A DNA stretch of 47,863 bases from Thermoanaerobaculia bacterium (GTDB lineage: Bacteria; Acidobacteriota; Thermoanaerobaculia; Multivoradales; UBA5704): contig JBGAGQ010000052.1 in NCBI GenBank assembly GCA_044226625.1, forward strand, positions 1-47,863, given 5' to 3'. This document shows positions 36,360-46,201 of this stretch, piece by piece. The notes under the pieces were generated by a model. It saw only the letters and a list, made by a program, of their open reading frames with translations, was not told the origin of the DNA and searched no databases. Within the stretch, counting starts at the first letter, position 1; every line of letters starts with the position of its first letter. A program made the position numbers and the translations under genes.

Positions 36360-39300
36360 TCAGTCGCCTGCGGCTTCCGCCTTCGCTCCCGGGGAGGGCT
36401 CGGCGCCCTCGGCCGGCGGCTCGGGGAGCTTGGTCGGCAGCAAGGTGACCCCCGCTTCTCGACCTTGCGCTTCGAACGCGGGGAGCCGCTTCTCGACGAT
36501 CTCGCGCAGCTTCGCGAGCTGGACGTCGATCGCCGCGACCAGCTCGTCGCGAACGGCGATCGCCGAGGCGGTCGGCGGATAGTTGCCGATCCCGGCCATC
36601 TGGGCCACCCCGGCGAGCTTGTCGTTCAAGCGGATCGGGAAGTTGAGGGGGTCCTGCCGGCTCTCCATCTTGGTCTGGTAGAGGGCCTCTTCGACCGCCG
36701 CGAGCTCTTTGCCCAGCGCCTCGGCCGCCTCGCGGACGGGTTTTCTCTCGTCCCCTTCGAGGCGCTCGGCGAGGGCGTCGATCGAGCCGCGGGTGTCGCG
36801 GATGAAGCCGACCGCGCGATGGACCTCGGAGAGCTTGTCGCGCACCGCGACCAGGAAGTCGAACTGGGCGGTGAGATCCGCCGCGCTCGCCGAGGAGCGG
36901 GGATCGGGCTTCACCTCGAACCCGACCGTCTCGACCGCGCCGTCGACCGTGAGGCGGACCTGGTAGGAGCCCGGCGGAACGCGCGGACCGGAAGGGATGC
37001 CGTTCCAGAGGATCATCCCGGGAAAGTCCGCCGCCGGCTCGAGCCGAAGATCCCAGACGAAATGGTTCAGGCCGACCTCGGCGGGCGCCTTGGTCTCCTT
37101 CTTGGCCTTGGCGTCCTTCTTGGCCTTCGTGCCTTTCTCGTCCTTCGGATCTTTGGTCTCCGCGGCGGCCTTCGGGTCCGGGACCGCGGCGGCGTCGGCG
37201 GTTTTCACGTCGTCCGTCGACTTGGCGCCGTCCTTCGATGGGACGTCGGCCTTCGCGGCGGTCTTCGCTCCGCTTTCGGTTCCGGCCGGCTTCGCCTCGG
37301 CCGAGGCGTCCTTCTTCGGTGCCTCGCCGGTGAACTTGCGCAGCACCTTGCCTCCGGCGTCGAGAAACGCGATCTCGATCGGTTTCTTCGGAGCTTCGTC
37401 GAGGCGGTAGTAGACGACGGCGCCGACCGCCGGATCGGTGCCCACGTCCGACGCGGCGGGACCGTCGTCGCCGCGGCGGCCGCCGCCGGGGAGGCGGAGG
37501 ACCGTGGCGGGGGCGTAGAGGCGCCGGGTCGGCTTTCCGGTCTCGGCCGTGACTTGGCGAATCAAGCCGAGATCGTCGAGCGCCCAGAAGGCGCGCCCCT
37601 GCGTGGCCGCGATCAGGACGCCGTCGCGGATCGCGAGGTCGGTGATCGGCACGATCGGCAGGTTCAATCGCAACGCCTGCCAGCTCTTGCCGTCGTCCGT
37701 GGAGGCGTAGACGCCCCGCTCGGTGCCGGCGAACAGGAGACCCTTGCGCTCCGGATCGGCGCGGATCACGCGGGTGAAGTGGCCGCGGTCGATCCCCGCG
37801 TCGATACGGGTCCAGGTGGCGCCCCAATCGTGGGTCGCGAACAGGTAGGGCGTGAAGTCGTCCGACTTGTAGCGGGTGGCGGCGAGGTAGAGCCCGCCCG
37901 GCTCGAACGGACTCGGCTCGAGGCTGTTGATCATCGCCCACTCCGGCAGTGCCTTCGGCGTCACGTCCTTCCAGGTGGCGCCGCCGTCGCGCGAGAGATG
38001 GACGAGGCCGTCGTCCGAGCCGGTCCAGAGCACGCCTTTTTGCAGCGGCGACTCGCCGGCGCAGAAGATCGTTCCGTAGTACTCGACGCTCGTGTTGTCC
38101 TGCGTGATCGGCCCGCCGGACGAGCCCTGCTTCGACTTGTCGTTGCGCGTCAGATCGGGCGAGATCGCCCGCCACGTGGCTCCCTCGTCGCGGGTCTCGA
38201 ACAGGACGTTCGCCCCGGCGTAGAGCACGCGCGGATCGTGGGGCGAGAAGAACAGCGGATAGTTCCACTGGAAGCGGTACTTGAGCTCGCCCGCGCCCCA
38301 GCCCATCGGGATGTCCGGCCAGACGTCCACCTGCCGGACCTCGTTGGTGCGGTGGTTGCGCCGCACCAGAAGGCCGTCGTACGAGCCGCCGTAGACGACG
38401 TCCGGGTCGCGCGGATCGGCGACGATGGTGCCGCTCTCGCCGCCCGAGGTGGCCTCCCAGTCGTCCTCGCCGATTCCGCCGCCGGCGAACGACCGGTAGC
38501 GGATGCGCAGAGCGCTGTTGTCCTGCTGTCCGGCGAGCAGGCGGAACGGAAATGCGTTGTCGGTCGACACCCGGTAGAGCTGCGCCGTCGGTTGGTTGTC
38601 GATCGAGCTCCAGGTCGCCCCGCCGTCGTTCGAAACCGCGGCGCCTCCGTCGTCGGCGAGGATCATCCTCGCCGGATCTTCGGGCGCGATCCAGAGGTCG
38701 TGGTGATCGCCGTGCTGCGACTCGATCTCGGAGAAGGTCTTGCCGCCATCCTTCGAGTGGTGGAAATTGACGTTCACCACGTAGACCGACTCGGCGTCCT
38801 TCGGGTCGGCGTAGATCCGCGAGTAGTACCAGGCGCGCTGGCGCAGCTCGCGGCTCGCGCTGGTGCGCTGCCACGTTTCGCCGCCGTCCCTCGAGCGGAA
38901 CACGCCGCCCTCGGCCGCCTCGACGATCGCGTAGACGTTCTGCGGGTCGGTGGGGGAGACCGTGACGCCGATGATGCCGAGCGGCGCCTTGGGCAGACCC
39001 TTCTTGCCCGACAGCTCTGTCCAGTGGTCGCCGCCGTCGGTCGACTTCCAGAGGCCGGAGCCGGGGCCGCCGCTGTCCAGGCTGTACGGCGTCCGCTTCA
39101 CCCGCCAGGTCGAGGCGTACAGGATGCGCGGGTTCGTCGGGTCGAGGACGAGATCGGCCGCGCCCACCTCCGGCGAAACGTAGAGGATCCGCTCCCAGGT
39201 GGCGCCGCCGTCCTTCGAGCGGTAGACGCCGCGCATCTCGTTCGGGCCGAACAGGTGGCCGAGCACCGCGGCGTAGACGAGATCGGGGTTCTTCGGATGG

Positions 39301-39800
39301 ATTCGCAGGCGCGGGATGTGGCGCGAGTCGTCGAGCCCCATGTGCTTCCAGGTGGCGCCCGCGTCGGTCGATTTCCAGACCCCGTCGCCGTGCGAGACGT
39401 TGCCGCGGACGGTTACCTCGCCGCCGCCCACGTAGACGACGTTCGGATCCCATTCCGAGACGGCGACGGCACCGATCGAGCCGCCGAAGAATCCGTCGGA
39501 GACGTTTTTCCAGGTGGCGCCGGCATCCTGCGTCTTCCAGACGCCGCCTCCCGTGCTGCCGAAGTAGTAGGTCTTCGAATCGCCCGGAAGGCCGACCACG
39601 GCGGCGGAGCGTCCGCCGCGGAACGGACCGACCAGACGCCAGCTCACCGCCTTGCCGAGAGCGGCTTCGAGCGCGCTCGGCGCGGGGGCCGCGGAGGGCG
39701 ACGCCGAGGCTGGGACCGGCGGGGTTCGACGAGTCGCGCCCGCGACGAGCGGCGCGAAAAGCAAGGCGACAGCGAGCGTGAAACGGAGCTGACGGACCAT
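36360..39800 (-). CDS. secreted Vps10/BNR (Asp-box) repeat glycosyl-hydrolase-like protein
   Basis: Signal peptide; WRLVGPFRGGR; many S.DGG.TW Asp-boxes; Lys/Ala-rich insert near 37080-37330. Confidence 0.88.
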   Translation of the reverse strand: MVRQLRFTLAVALLFAPLVAGATRRTPPVPASASPSAAPAPSALEAALGKAVSWRLVGPFRGGRSAAVVGLPGDSKTYYFGSTGGGVWKTQDAGATWKNVSDGFFGGSIGAVAVSEWDPNVVYVGGGEVTVRGNVSHGDGVWKSTDAGATWKHMGLDDSRHIPRLRIHPKNPDLVYAAVLGHLFGPNEMRGVYRSKDGGATWERILYVSPEVGAADLVLDPTNPRILYASTWRVKRTPYSLDSGGPGSGLWKSTDGGDHWTELSGKKGLPKAPLGIIGVTVSPTDPQNVYAIVEAAEGGVFRSRDGGETWQRTSASRELRQRAWYYSRIYADPKDAESVYVVNVNFHHSKDGGKTFSEIESQHGDHHDLWIAPEDPARMILADDGGAAVSNDGGATWSSIDNQPTAQLYRVSTDNAFPFRLLAGQQDNSALRIRYRSFAGGGIGEDDWEATSGGESGTIVADPRDPDVVYGGSYDGLLVRRNHRTNEVRQVDVWPDIPMGWGAGELKYRFQWNYPLFFSPHDPRVLYAGANVLFETRDEGATWRAISPDLTRNDKSKQGSSGGPITQDNTSVEYYGTIFCAGESPLQKGVLWTGSDDGLVHLSRDGGATWKDVTPKALPEWAMINSLEPSPFEPGGLYLAATRYKSDDFTPYLFATHDWGATWTRIDAGIDRGHFTRVIRADPERKGLLFAGTERGVYASTDDGKSWQALRLNLPIVPITDLAIRDGVLIAATQGRAFWALDDLGLIRQVTAETGKPTRRLYAPATVLRLPGGGRRGDDGPAASDVGTDPAVGAVVYYRLDEAPKKPIEIAFLDAGGKVLRKFTGEAPKKDASAEAKPAGTESGAKTAAKADVPSKDGAKSTDDVKTADAAAVPDPKAAAETKDPKDEKGTKAKKDAKAKKETKAPAEVGLNHFVWDLRLEPAADFPGMILWNGIPSGPRVPPGSYQVRLTVDGAVETVGFEVKPDPRSSASAADLTAQFDFLVAVRDKLSEVHRAVGFIRDTRGSIDALAERLEGDERKPVREAAEALGKELAAVEEALYQTKMESRQDPLNFPIRLNDKLAGVAQMAGIGNYPPTASAIAVRDELVAAIDVQLAKLREIVEKRLPAFEAQGREAGVTLLPTKLPEPPAEGAEPSPGAKAEAAGD

Positions 39801-39918
39801 GGCGCGAGCCTCCTCTGGGCCCGGGCCGTGCGGCCGGTGCCGGGGAAGTGGTGGGCTTCAGCTTACATCTTGCCGAAGCCCGGGCCGCACTTCTAGATCC
39901 GCTGGCGGATCCTCAGAA

Positions 39919-40386
39919 TCAGCGATAGTCCTCGACGGTCAGCTTGTCGAGCGGCAGGCCGAACGGATAGAAGAAATTGAACACCGGCAGCTCGACCACC
40001 TCTGCGAAGTTGAGCAGGCGCGGGCCCCAGGTCTCGATCTCGCTCTCGCCGGCCTCGATGCGCCGGTATTCGTCCGCCGAGATGCCGAGGCCCTCGGCCA
40101 TCTGATCGACCGACTTGTTGCGCCGCTCGCGATGACCGGTGATCAGGCGGCCGGCCTGGCCCGCTTTGCAGTCGGCCGATTTGCCGGACTCGGCAAGCAA
40201 ACGCGAGGTCGGCGTCTCGAGCTGGATCGCGATGTTGGCGAGCAAGGGACCCCACGTTTCGGCCGGGGTTTCGCCGGCTTCGAGAGCGCGGTATTCGTCG
40301 GGGGCAAGGCCGATTTTGGCGGCGGCGTCGTCGGGCGAGATCTTCCTTCGCTCTCGCTCTTTCTGAAGAACCTCTCCGAGCTTCAC
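39919..40386 (-). CDS. tandem XRE-type helix-turn-helix protein
   Basis: Two similar halves: RERR...IGLAPDEYRALEAGE...ETWGP and RERR...LGISADEYRRIEAGE...ETWGP; RBS GGAGG. Confidence 0.82.
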   Translation of the reverse strand: MKLGEVLQKERERRKISPDDAAAKIGLAPDEYRALEAGETPAETWGPLLANIAIQLETPTSRLLAESGKSADCKAGQAGRLITGHRERRNKSVDQMAEGLGISADEYRRIEAGESEIETWGPRLLNFAEVVELPVFNFFYPFGLPLDKLTVEDYR

Positions 40387-40668
40387 GTTGACTTCCTCCT
40401 CCGTTGATGGTCAGAAAATGCTAGCACATGGACTTTCGCGCGCCGCACGAAAAGTCTTGCCATTCGCTTGTTTCCCGAGCTGTCCCGGATTGGCGGATTC
40501 GGATCACTCTAAAGGGGCGAGGGGAGTGTTTCCACACTCCGAGCCGCGGCATTTCACGGCTTTGATTGGAATTTTCATCGGTCGACGTTCTTATCGAAAG
40601 AAGGACGCGCGGTTTCGCCTTGCCAGGCTGTCCGCGAGGCGATCTCGAAAAAAACAAGGGAGCTCAGG

Positions 40669-41694
40669 ATGGCGGATCGAGCGCCTCGGCGCGCGTCGGA
40701 CGAGGAAGACCTCGGCATTCTGGCCACCGTCGGCCACACGCCGCTGGTGCGCCTAAATCGGATATTGAGCGGCTTCGACTTCGCGCTCTACGCGAAGCTC
40801 GAGGGATTCAACCCCGGAGGAAGCGCGAAGGATCGGCCCGCGACGGCGATCCTCAAGAACTGCCTCGCGACGGGCAAGATCGACCGTCGCACGGTGATCA
40901 TCGAATCGAGCTCGGGCAACATGGGGATCGGCCTCGCGCAGGCCTGCCGCTATTTCGGCCTCCGGTTCATCTGCGTCGTCGATCCGAAGACCGCGCCGCA
41001 GAACCTCAAGATGCTCGCGGTCTACGGCGCCGAGATCAACCACGTGACCGAGCCCGATCCGGCGACGGGCGAGTTCCTCCAGGCGCGGCTCAACCGGGTC
41101 CAGGAGCTGCTCGGCTCGATCCCCGGCAGCTTCTGGCCGAACCAATACCAGACCGCGCTCAATCCGCAATCGCACTATCAGACGACGATGCACGAGATCG
41201 CGACCGAGCTCGGCAGCCTCGACTATCTGTTCGTCGCGACCTCGACCTGCGGCACGATCACCGGCTGCTCGTCCTATCTGCGCGACCACGGCATCCCCGC
41301 CAAGGTGATCGCGGTCGACGCGCGCGGCAGCCTGATCTTTTCCGACAAGAAAGAGAAGCGCTCGGTGCCGGGAATCGGCGCCGGCATTCGGCCGCCGCTC
41401 TGCAACCTCGATCTGATCGACCGCGTCGAGTGGGTGAGCGACGCCGACTGCGTCGCCGGATGCCGCCGGCTGGTACGATTCGAGTCGGTGCTCGCGGGCG
41501 GCTCCTCGGGCGGCGTGATCACCGCGGTCGAGCGGCTCGCGCCGGAGATCCCGGCCGGCTCGACCGTGGTCGCGATCCTCGCCGATCGCGGCGAGCGCTA
41601 CCTCGAAACGATCTACTCCGACCGCTGGGTGCAGGACAACGTGGGCGACATCTCGAGTCGCTGGGAAGGTGCGGGAAATTCTCCATGGCGTTAG
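40669..41694 (+). CDS. sbnA: 2,3-diaminopropionate biosynthesis protein SbnA (PLP)
   Basis: KLEGFNPGGSAKDR, IESSSGNMGIG, CVVDPK, ATSTCGT, GGSSG, DRGERYLETIY; adjacent to sbnB. Confidence 0.9.
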   Translation: MADRAPRRASDEEDLGILATVGHTPLVRLNRILSGFDFALYAKLEGFNPGGSAKDRPATAILKNCLATGKIDRRTVIIESSSGNMGIGLAQACRYFGLRFICVVDPKTAPQNLKMLAVYGAEINHVTEPDPATGEFLQARLNRVQELLGSIPGSFWPNQYQTALNPQSHYQTTMHEIATELGSLDYLFVATSTCGTITGCSSYLRDHGIPAKVIAVDARGSLIFSDKKEKRSVPGIGAGIRPPLCNLDLIDRVEWVSDADCVAGCRRLVRFESVLAGGSSGGVITAVERLAPEIPAGSTVVAILADRGERYLETIYSDRWVQDNVGDISSRWEGAGNSPWR

Positions 41695-42707
41695 ACGAAC
41701 GACAGAACGAGCTCCTGATCCTCGGCGCCGCCGAGGTCGAGGCGGCGTTGACCGGCCGCGAGCTCGAAGTGATCGATACGGTGCGGCGGGCCTACGAGGC
41801 CCATGCGGACGGCAAGAGCGCGTTGCCGCACTCGATGTTCCTCCGTTTCCCGGGCAACGACAGCGACCGGATCATCGCGCTGCCCGCCTACCTCGGTGAC
41901 GGGTTCGAGATCGCGGGTCTGAAATGGATCGCCTCGGTGCCGGGCAACGTCGCGCGCGGGATCGACCGCGCCTCGGCTGTGGTGATCGTCAACGACCGCG
42001 CGACCGGCCGGCCGCGGGCGATCCTCGAAGGCTCGATCATCAGCGCGCGGCGGACCGCGGCCTCGGCCGCGCTCGCCGGCAAGGTGCTGCACGGTGAGAC
42101 GCCGCCCGAGACGATCGGCGTCGTCGGCTGCGGTCCGATCGCGTTCGAGATCGTCCGTTCGCTGCGCGCCGTGTGGCCGGGAGCGACGAAGTTCCTGGTC
42201 TTCGACCTGAACGCCGAGCGCGCGGCGGAGTTCTGCGCGCGGTGCGCGGCGCTCCACGGCGGGACGACCTTCTCGGTCGCGGCGAGCCAGGGGGAGCTCT
42301 TGGCCGCGTGCCCGGTGGTCGCCTTCGCCACCACGGCGGGCACGCCGCACCTCGGCGATCTCTCGGTCTGTCCGGCGGGAGCGACGATCCTCCACATCTC
42401 GCTCCGCGACCTCACGCCGGAGGTGATCCTCGCCGCCGACAACGTGGTGGACGACGCGGACCACGTGAGCCGCGCGTCGACCTCGATCCACCTCGCCGAG
42501 CAGAAGGTGGGCCACCGCGACTTCATCCGCTGCGCGCTCGCCGACATCACGGCCGGCCGCCAGCCCGCGCGGGTCGATCGGACGCGGCCCGCGATCTTTT
42601 CTCCCTTCGGTCTGGGCGTGCTCGATCTCGCGCTCTCCCAGATGGTGCTCGACGACGCCGCGCGAAGCGGCGGCGGTGTCCGAATCTCGGGGTTCCTACC
42701 GTCATGA
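41685..42707 (+). CDS. sbnB: 2,3-diaminopropionate biosynthesis protein SbnB (ornithine cyclodeaminase-like)
   Basis: PHSMFLRFP, RIIALPAYLG, KWIAS.PGN, RTAASA, LHISLRD, FSPFGLGVLD. Confidence 0.92.
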   Translation: MALDERQNELLILGAAEVEAALTGRELEVIDTVRRAYEAHADGKSALPHSMFLRFPGNDSDRIIALPAYLGDGFEIAGLKWIASVPGNVARGIDRASAVVIVNDRATGRPRAILEGSIISARRTAASAALAGKVLHGETPPETIGVVGCGPIAFEIVRSLRAVWPGATKFLVFDLNAERAAEFCARCAALHGGTTFSVAASQGELLAACPVVAFATTAGTPHLGDLSVCPAGATILHISLRDLTPEVILAADNVVDDADHVSRASTSIHLAEQKVGHRDFIRCALADITAGRQPARVDRTRPAIFSPFGLGVLDLALSQMVLDDAARSGGGVRISGFLPS

Positions 42708-44287
42708 GCGGAGCTCGAATACTGGTTGCCGACCCACTGAGCCCGGCCGGGCTCGACATCCTGCGCGCCGGCGGGGCCGAGGTGGTCGACGTCTCGCGCG
42801 ACGGCCGCGAAGCGCTCGAAGGCGCGCTCGCCGACGCCACCGCCCTCCTGGTCCGCAGCCGGACCCAGGTCGACGGGAAACTCCTCGCGCTCGCACCGAA
42901 TTTGAAGGTGGTGGGCCGGGCCGGCGTGGGCGTCGACAACGTCGACGTCTTCGAGGCGACCCGGCGCGGCGTGCTGGTGTTGAACGCGCCGAACGCGAAC
43001 CTGGTCTCGGCCACCGAGCACACGTTCGCGCTCCTGCTCGCCCTCGCGCGGCAGCTGCCCGCGGCGGACGCCTCGCTCAAGCGCGGCGAGTGGGACCGCG
43101 GCCGCTTCCTCGGCGTCGAGCTCGCGGGAAAGACCTTGGGCATCGTCGGCTTCGGTCGCATCGGGCAGAAGGTGGCCGCGCGCGCGAAAGGCTTCGAGAT
43201 GAAAGTGGTCGCGTACGACCCCTGGCTCGACGAGGAGATCGCGAAGCGCCAGGGCGTACCGCTGCTGTCGATCGACGAGCTGATCGCGACCGCCGACGTC
43301 CTCACGCTCCACGTTCCGCTCTCGCCCGAGACGAGAAACCTGATCTCCGCCGAGCGGATCGCGCGAATGAAGCCGGGGGCGCTGCTGATCAACTGCGCCC
43401 GCGGCGGCGTGGTCGACGAGGCGGCGCTGCTCGCGGCGCTCGAGGAGGGACGGATCGCCGGCGCGGCGCTCGACGTCTTCGCCCAGGAGCCGCCGGCCGA
43501 TCCGCGCCTCGCGGCGCATTCCAGGGTGGTCGCCTCTCCGCACCTCGGGGCACAGACCGCGGAGGCGCAGGAGCGCGTTTCGACCGAGGTCGCGCGCATG
43601 GTGCTCGACGCGCTCGCGGGCTCGTACGCGGTCTCGGCGGTCAACCTGCCGTTCTCCGCCGACGCGAGCGGCGCCGGTCCGTTCCTGCTGCTCGGCGAGC
43701 AGCTCGGCCGGCTCGGCAACGCGCTCGCCGGGGGCAAGATCGAGGCGCTCTCGGTCGACCTGCGCGGCGTTCCGGAGGCGTTCGGCGCGGCGGTCTCGCT
43801 CTCGGTCGCCAAGGGCGCCCTCGACCGGGTGCTCGGCGAGACGGTCAACTACGTCAACGTCGAGCTGCTCGCGCGCGATCGCGGGATCGACGTGGAGCGG
43901 ACGCTCCATCCACGGCGGGGAGAGACCGGCGAGCAGGTCGGCCTGCGCATTCGCGGCAGCGAAGGGGAGTTCTCGATCGGCGGCATGCTTTACGGCGAGC
44001 GCCAGCCGCGGCTGATCCGGCTCGACACCCTGCCGCTCGAATGCCGGCTCGAAGGGCGGCTGCTGCTGTTCCGCACCTGGGATCGCCCGGGGGTGATCGG
44101 CAAGGTGGGCACCAAGCTCGGCGCGATGGGGATCAACATCGCCGACATCCACCTCGCGCGGAAAGACGGCGAAAAGGACGCCTGGACCGTCTACCGGGTC
44201 GATCAGGAGGTCACGCCGGAGATGCTCGCCGAGCTCGCGGCGCTGCCCGAGGTGCGGCGGGTCTTCGAGCTCGATCTCGCGCGCTGA
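42704..44287 (+). CDS. serA: D-3-phosphoglycerate dehydrogenase (long form with C-terminal ACT)
   Basis: GRAGVGVDNVD, GIVGFGRIG, NCARGG, DVF..EP, PHLGAQT.EAQ, DRPGVIG; ATGA overlap with sbnB. Confidence 0.9.
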   Translation: MSGARILVADPLSPAGLDILRAGGAEVVDVSRDGREALEGALADATALLVRSRTQVDGKLLALAPNLKVVGRAGVGVDNVDVFEATRRGVLVLNAPNANLVSATEHTFALLLALARQLPAADASLKRGEWDRGRFLGVELAGKTLGIVGFGRIGQKVAARAKGFEMKVVAYDPWLDEEIAKRQGVPLLSIDELIATADVLTLHVPLSPETRNLISAERIARMKPGALLINCARGGVVDEAALLAALEEGRIAGAALDVFAQEPPADPRLAAHSRVVASPHLGAQTAEAQERVSTEVARMVLDALAGSYAVSAVNLPFSADASGAGPFLLLGEQLGRLGNALAGGKIEALSVDLRGVPEAFGAAVSLSVAKGALDRVLGETVNYVNVELLARDRGIDVERTLHPRRGETGEQVGLRIRGSEGEFSIGGMLYGERQPRLIRLDTLPLECRLEGRLLLFRTWDRPGVIGKVGTKLGAMGINIADIHLARKDGEKDAWTVYRVDQEVTPEMLAELAALPEVRRVFELDLAR

Positions 44288-44501
44288 GCCGGCCGCGCGT
44301 CGGCGTCCGGCGAGCGTTTGCGCACAACCGCCCGCGCGGCTACGGAAGAGCGCCCGAGGGGGCGTTGCCTGTCCCCCTTTGGCGCCCAACCGTTACTTAT
44401 AGGGAGGCGGGCGCGTTGCCCGCCGGTTTCTTCCATTCCAGGTTCCCAGCGAACACAAGCGGGCGCGGCTTTCGAGGCGCCCGGCCGTCGGAGGGTGTCC
44501 C

Positions 44502-45815
44502 TTGATCGAGAACCGTCAGTACCGCTTGAGCAAATTCGACGTGATCGGCTCGCAGTCGATCGCTGAGGTGGTGGAGCAGTGGATCGGCCGCGAGGCCCTG
44601 CGCTGGTACATCTCGGAGGTCACCGAGAAGGAGATCGTCGTCGAGGCGACCTTCGCCGAGCTCGAAGACGACCGGGAGAGCGAGACCGGTTCCGGTACCC
44701 TCGCCGAGCGGGCGCATTTCCCGGGCAAGGCGGTCGCGGTGAGCGTGATTCCGACGGGCATCGGCTGCGACCTCGGCGGCTACGCGGGCGACGCGGCACC
44801 GGCCACCAACCTGCTCGCGGCGGCGACCGACTATCTGGTGACCAACCCCAACGCGGTCAACGCCTCGAACTTCATCAGCATGGCCGACAACGTCCTCTAC
44901 TCGGAGGGGATGTCGATCGACCTCCTGATGAAGGGCGCGGTCGATTTCCACGTTCCGTACGGCAACCGCATCGGCCTGGTGGTCGAGCACACGACGCCCG
45001 AGGCGCTCGACGTGGTGTTCAACGTCGTCAATACGGTGCGCGCGGTGTTCGGCATCGACATCGCGGGCGTCGAGGTGACGGAGCAGCGGATCGGCACCCA
45101 CTCGTTCGAGAACGGCTCGGGCGCCTATGTCGGCACGGTCGACCATCCGGAGGTCCTGTTCGCCGCCTGCGAGCGCCTGATCAAGAAGGGCGCCAACGCG
45201 ATCGCCATCACCACGAACATCCAGGACCTGCCGGAAGACAACTACGTCAAGCATTTTGCCGGGGAATACCCGAACCCGCTCGGCGGCGTCGAGGCGATCG
45301 TCTCGCACCTGGTCGTCCGCCGGTTCCGGATGCCCGCGGCCCACGCGCCGATGCTCAACTGCAAGGAGTTCGACCTTCGTGACGCGGTGGTCGACGCCCG
45401 CGGCGCCGGCGAGATGGCCTCGGCCTCCGGCCTCGCCTGCACGCTGATCGGTCTGCGCAAGGCGCCGCAGATCGGCGGCCCACACGCCGCCCGTTCCGCC
45501 GACGTGGTGAACCTCCACAACGTCTTCGCCGTGGTCTGCCCGGCGAGCTCGCTCGGCGGCATCCCGGCGATCTACGCCCATCGCCATGGCGTTCCGATCA
45601 TCGCCGTGCACGAGAACAAGACGATCTTCGGCGTCTCGGCGAGCCGGCTCGGGTTCCACAACGTGATCGAGGTCGACAACTACGCCGAAGCGGCGGGTTA
45701 CCTGCTCGCGCTGCGCAAGGGGATCGGCCTCGACACTTTCCGCCGGCCGATGACCACCCTGCGCCACGGGCAGGGCGCCGGAGCGAAGTCGAACGTCCAT
45801 CTGAAGTTCGCCTGA
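44502..45815 (+). CDS. DUF3326-family protein with N-terminal extension
   Basis: IPTGIG..LGGYAGDA, TNPNAVN, P.GGVEAIVSHL, AAHAP, AVHENKT, NYAEAAG.L.A.R.GI; TTG start after GGAGG. Confidence 0.75.
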   Translation: MIENRQYRLSKFDVIGSQSIAEVVEQWIGREALRWYISEVTEKEIVVEATFAELEDDRESETGSGTLAERAHFPGKAVAVSVIPTGIGCDLGGYAGDAAPATNLLAAATDYLVTNPNAVNASNFISMADNVLYSEGMSIDLLMKGAVDFHVPYGNRIGLVVEHTTPEALDVVFNVVNTVRAVFGIDIAGVEVTEQRIGTHSFENGSGAYVGTVDHPEVLFAACERLIKKGANAIAITTNIQDLPEDNYVKHFAGEYPNPLGGVEAIVSHLVVRRFRMPAAHAPMLNCKEFDLRDAVVDARGAGEMASASGLACTLIGLRKAPQIGGPHAARSADVVNLHNVFAVVCPASSLGGIPAIYAHRHGVPIIAVHENKTIFGVSASRLGFHNVIEVDNYAEAAGYLLALRKGIGLDTFRRPMTTLRHGQGAGAKSNVHLKFA

Positions 45816-45834
45816 GGCGCCCGGGCCCGCCTCC

Positions 45835-45968
45835 AGCAAGCTGCTGGAAAACTCCTTTGTCGCTGGAGATTCCCCGGGGGCGCCCCTCGCAACTCGCTTC
45901 GCTCACACAGACTCCGGGGTCGTCCTCGGGAACTCCGCGACGTGAAGTGAGTTTTTCAGCAGCCTGCT
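45835..45968. mobile_element. MITE-like non-coding element with terminal inverted repeats
   Basis: Left AGCAAGCTGCTGGAAACTC versus inverse of right end AGCAGGCTGCTGAAAAACTC; internal arms also complementary. Confidence 0.6.
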
Positions 45969-46201
45969 TCCAGCGGCCGCGGGAAATTTCCGCGGCCGCA
46001 ATTTTGCTATCCTCGAAGCAGCCGGGGCGAACCGCGGCCTCCGGCTCGTTGACGCGGGCGGACCCGGAACGTCCCTGCCTGCCGCGCCCGCGAGCGAGTC
46101 GCCGGCACCCGCCCCGGCGCTGCCGCGTCCACGGAGCGCGACGGTTCGGCTCGAGCGCGCCTCTTGGACCCATCGCCCGCGGTTGCCCTCCGAGGAGTGC
46201 C

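Noticed and set aside
36090-39896. 1268-aa plus-strand ORF and other long overlapping ORFs (e.g. 4496-7123, 15784-17985, 41888-44389, 1702-3786)
   Set aside because: Antisense or alternate-frame shadows of real genes in high-GC DNA; Arg/Ala/Gly-rich and without motifs.
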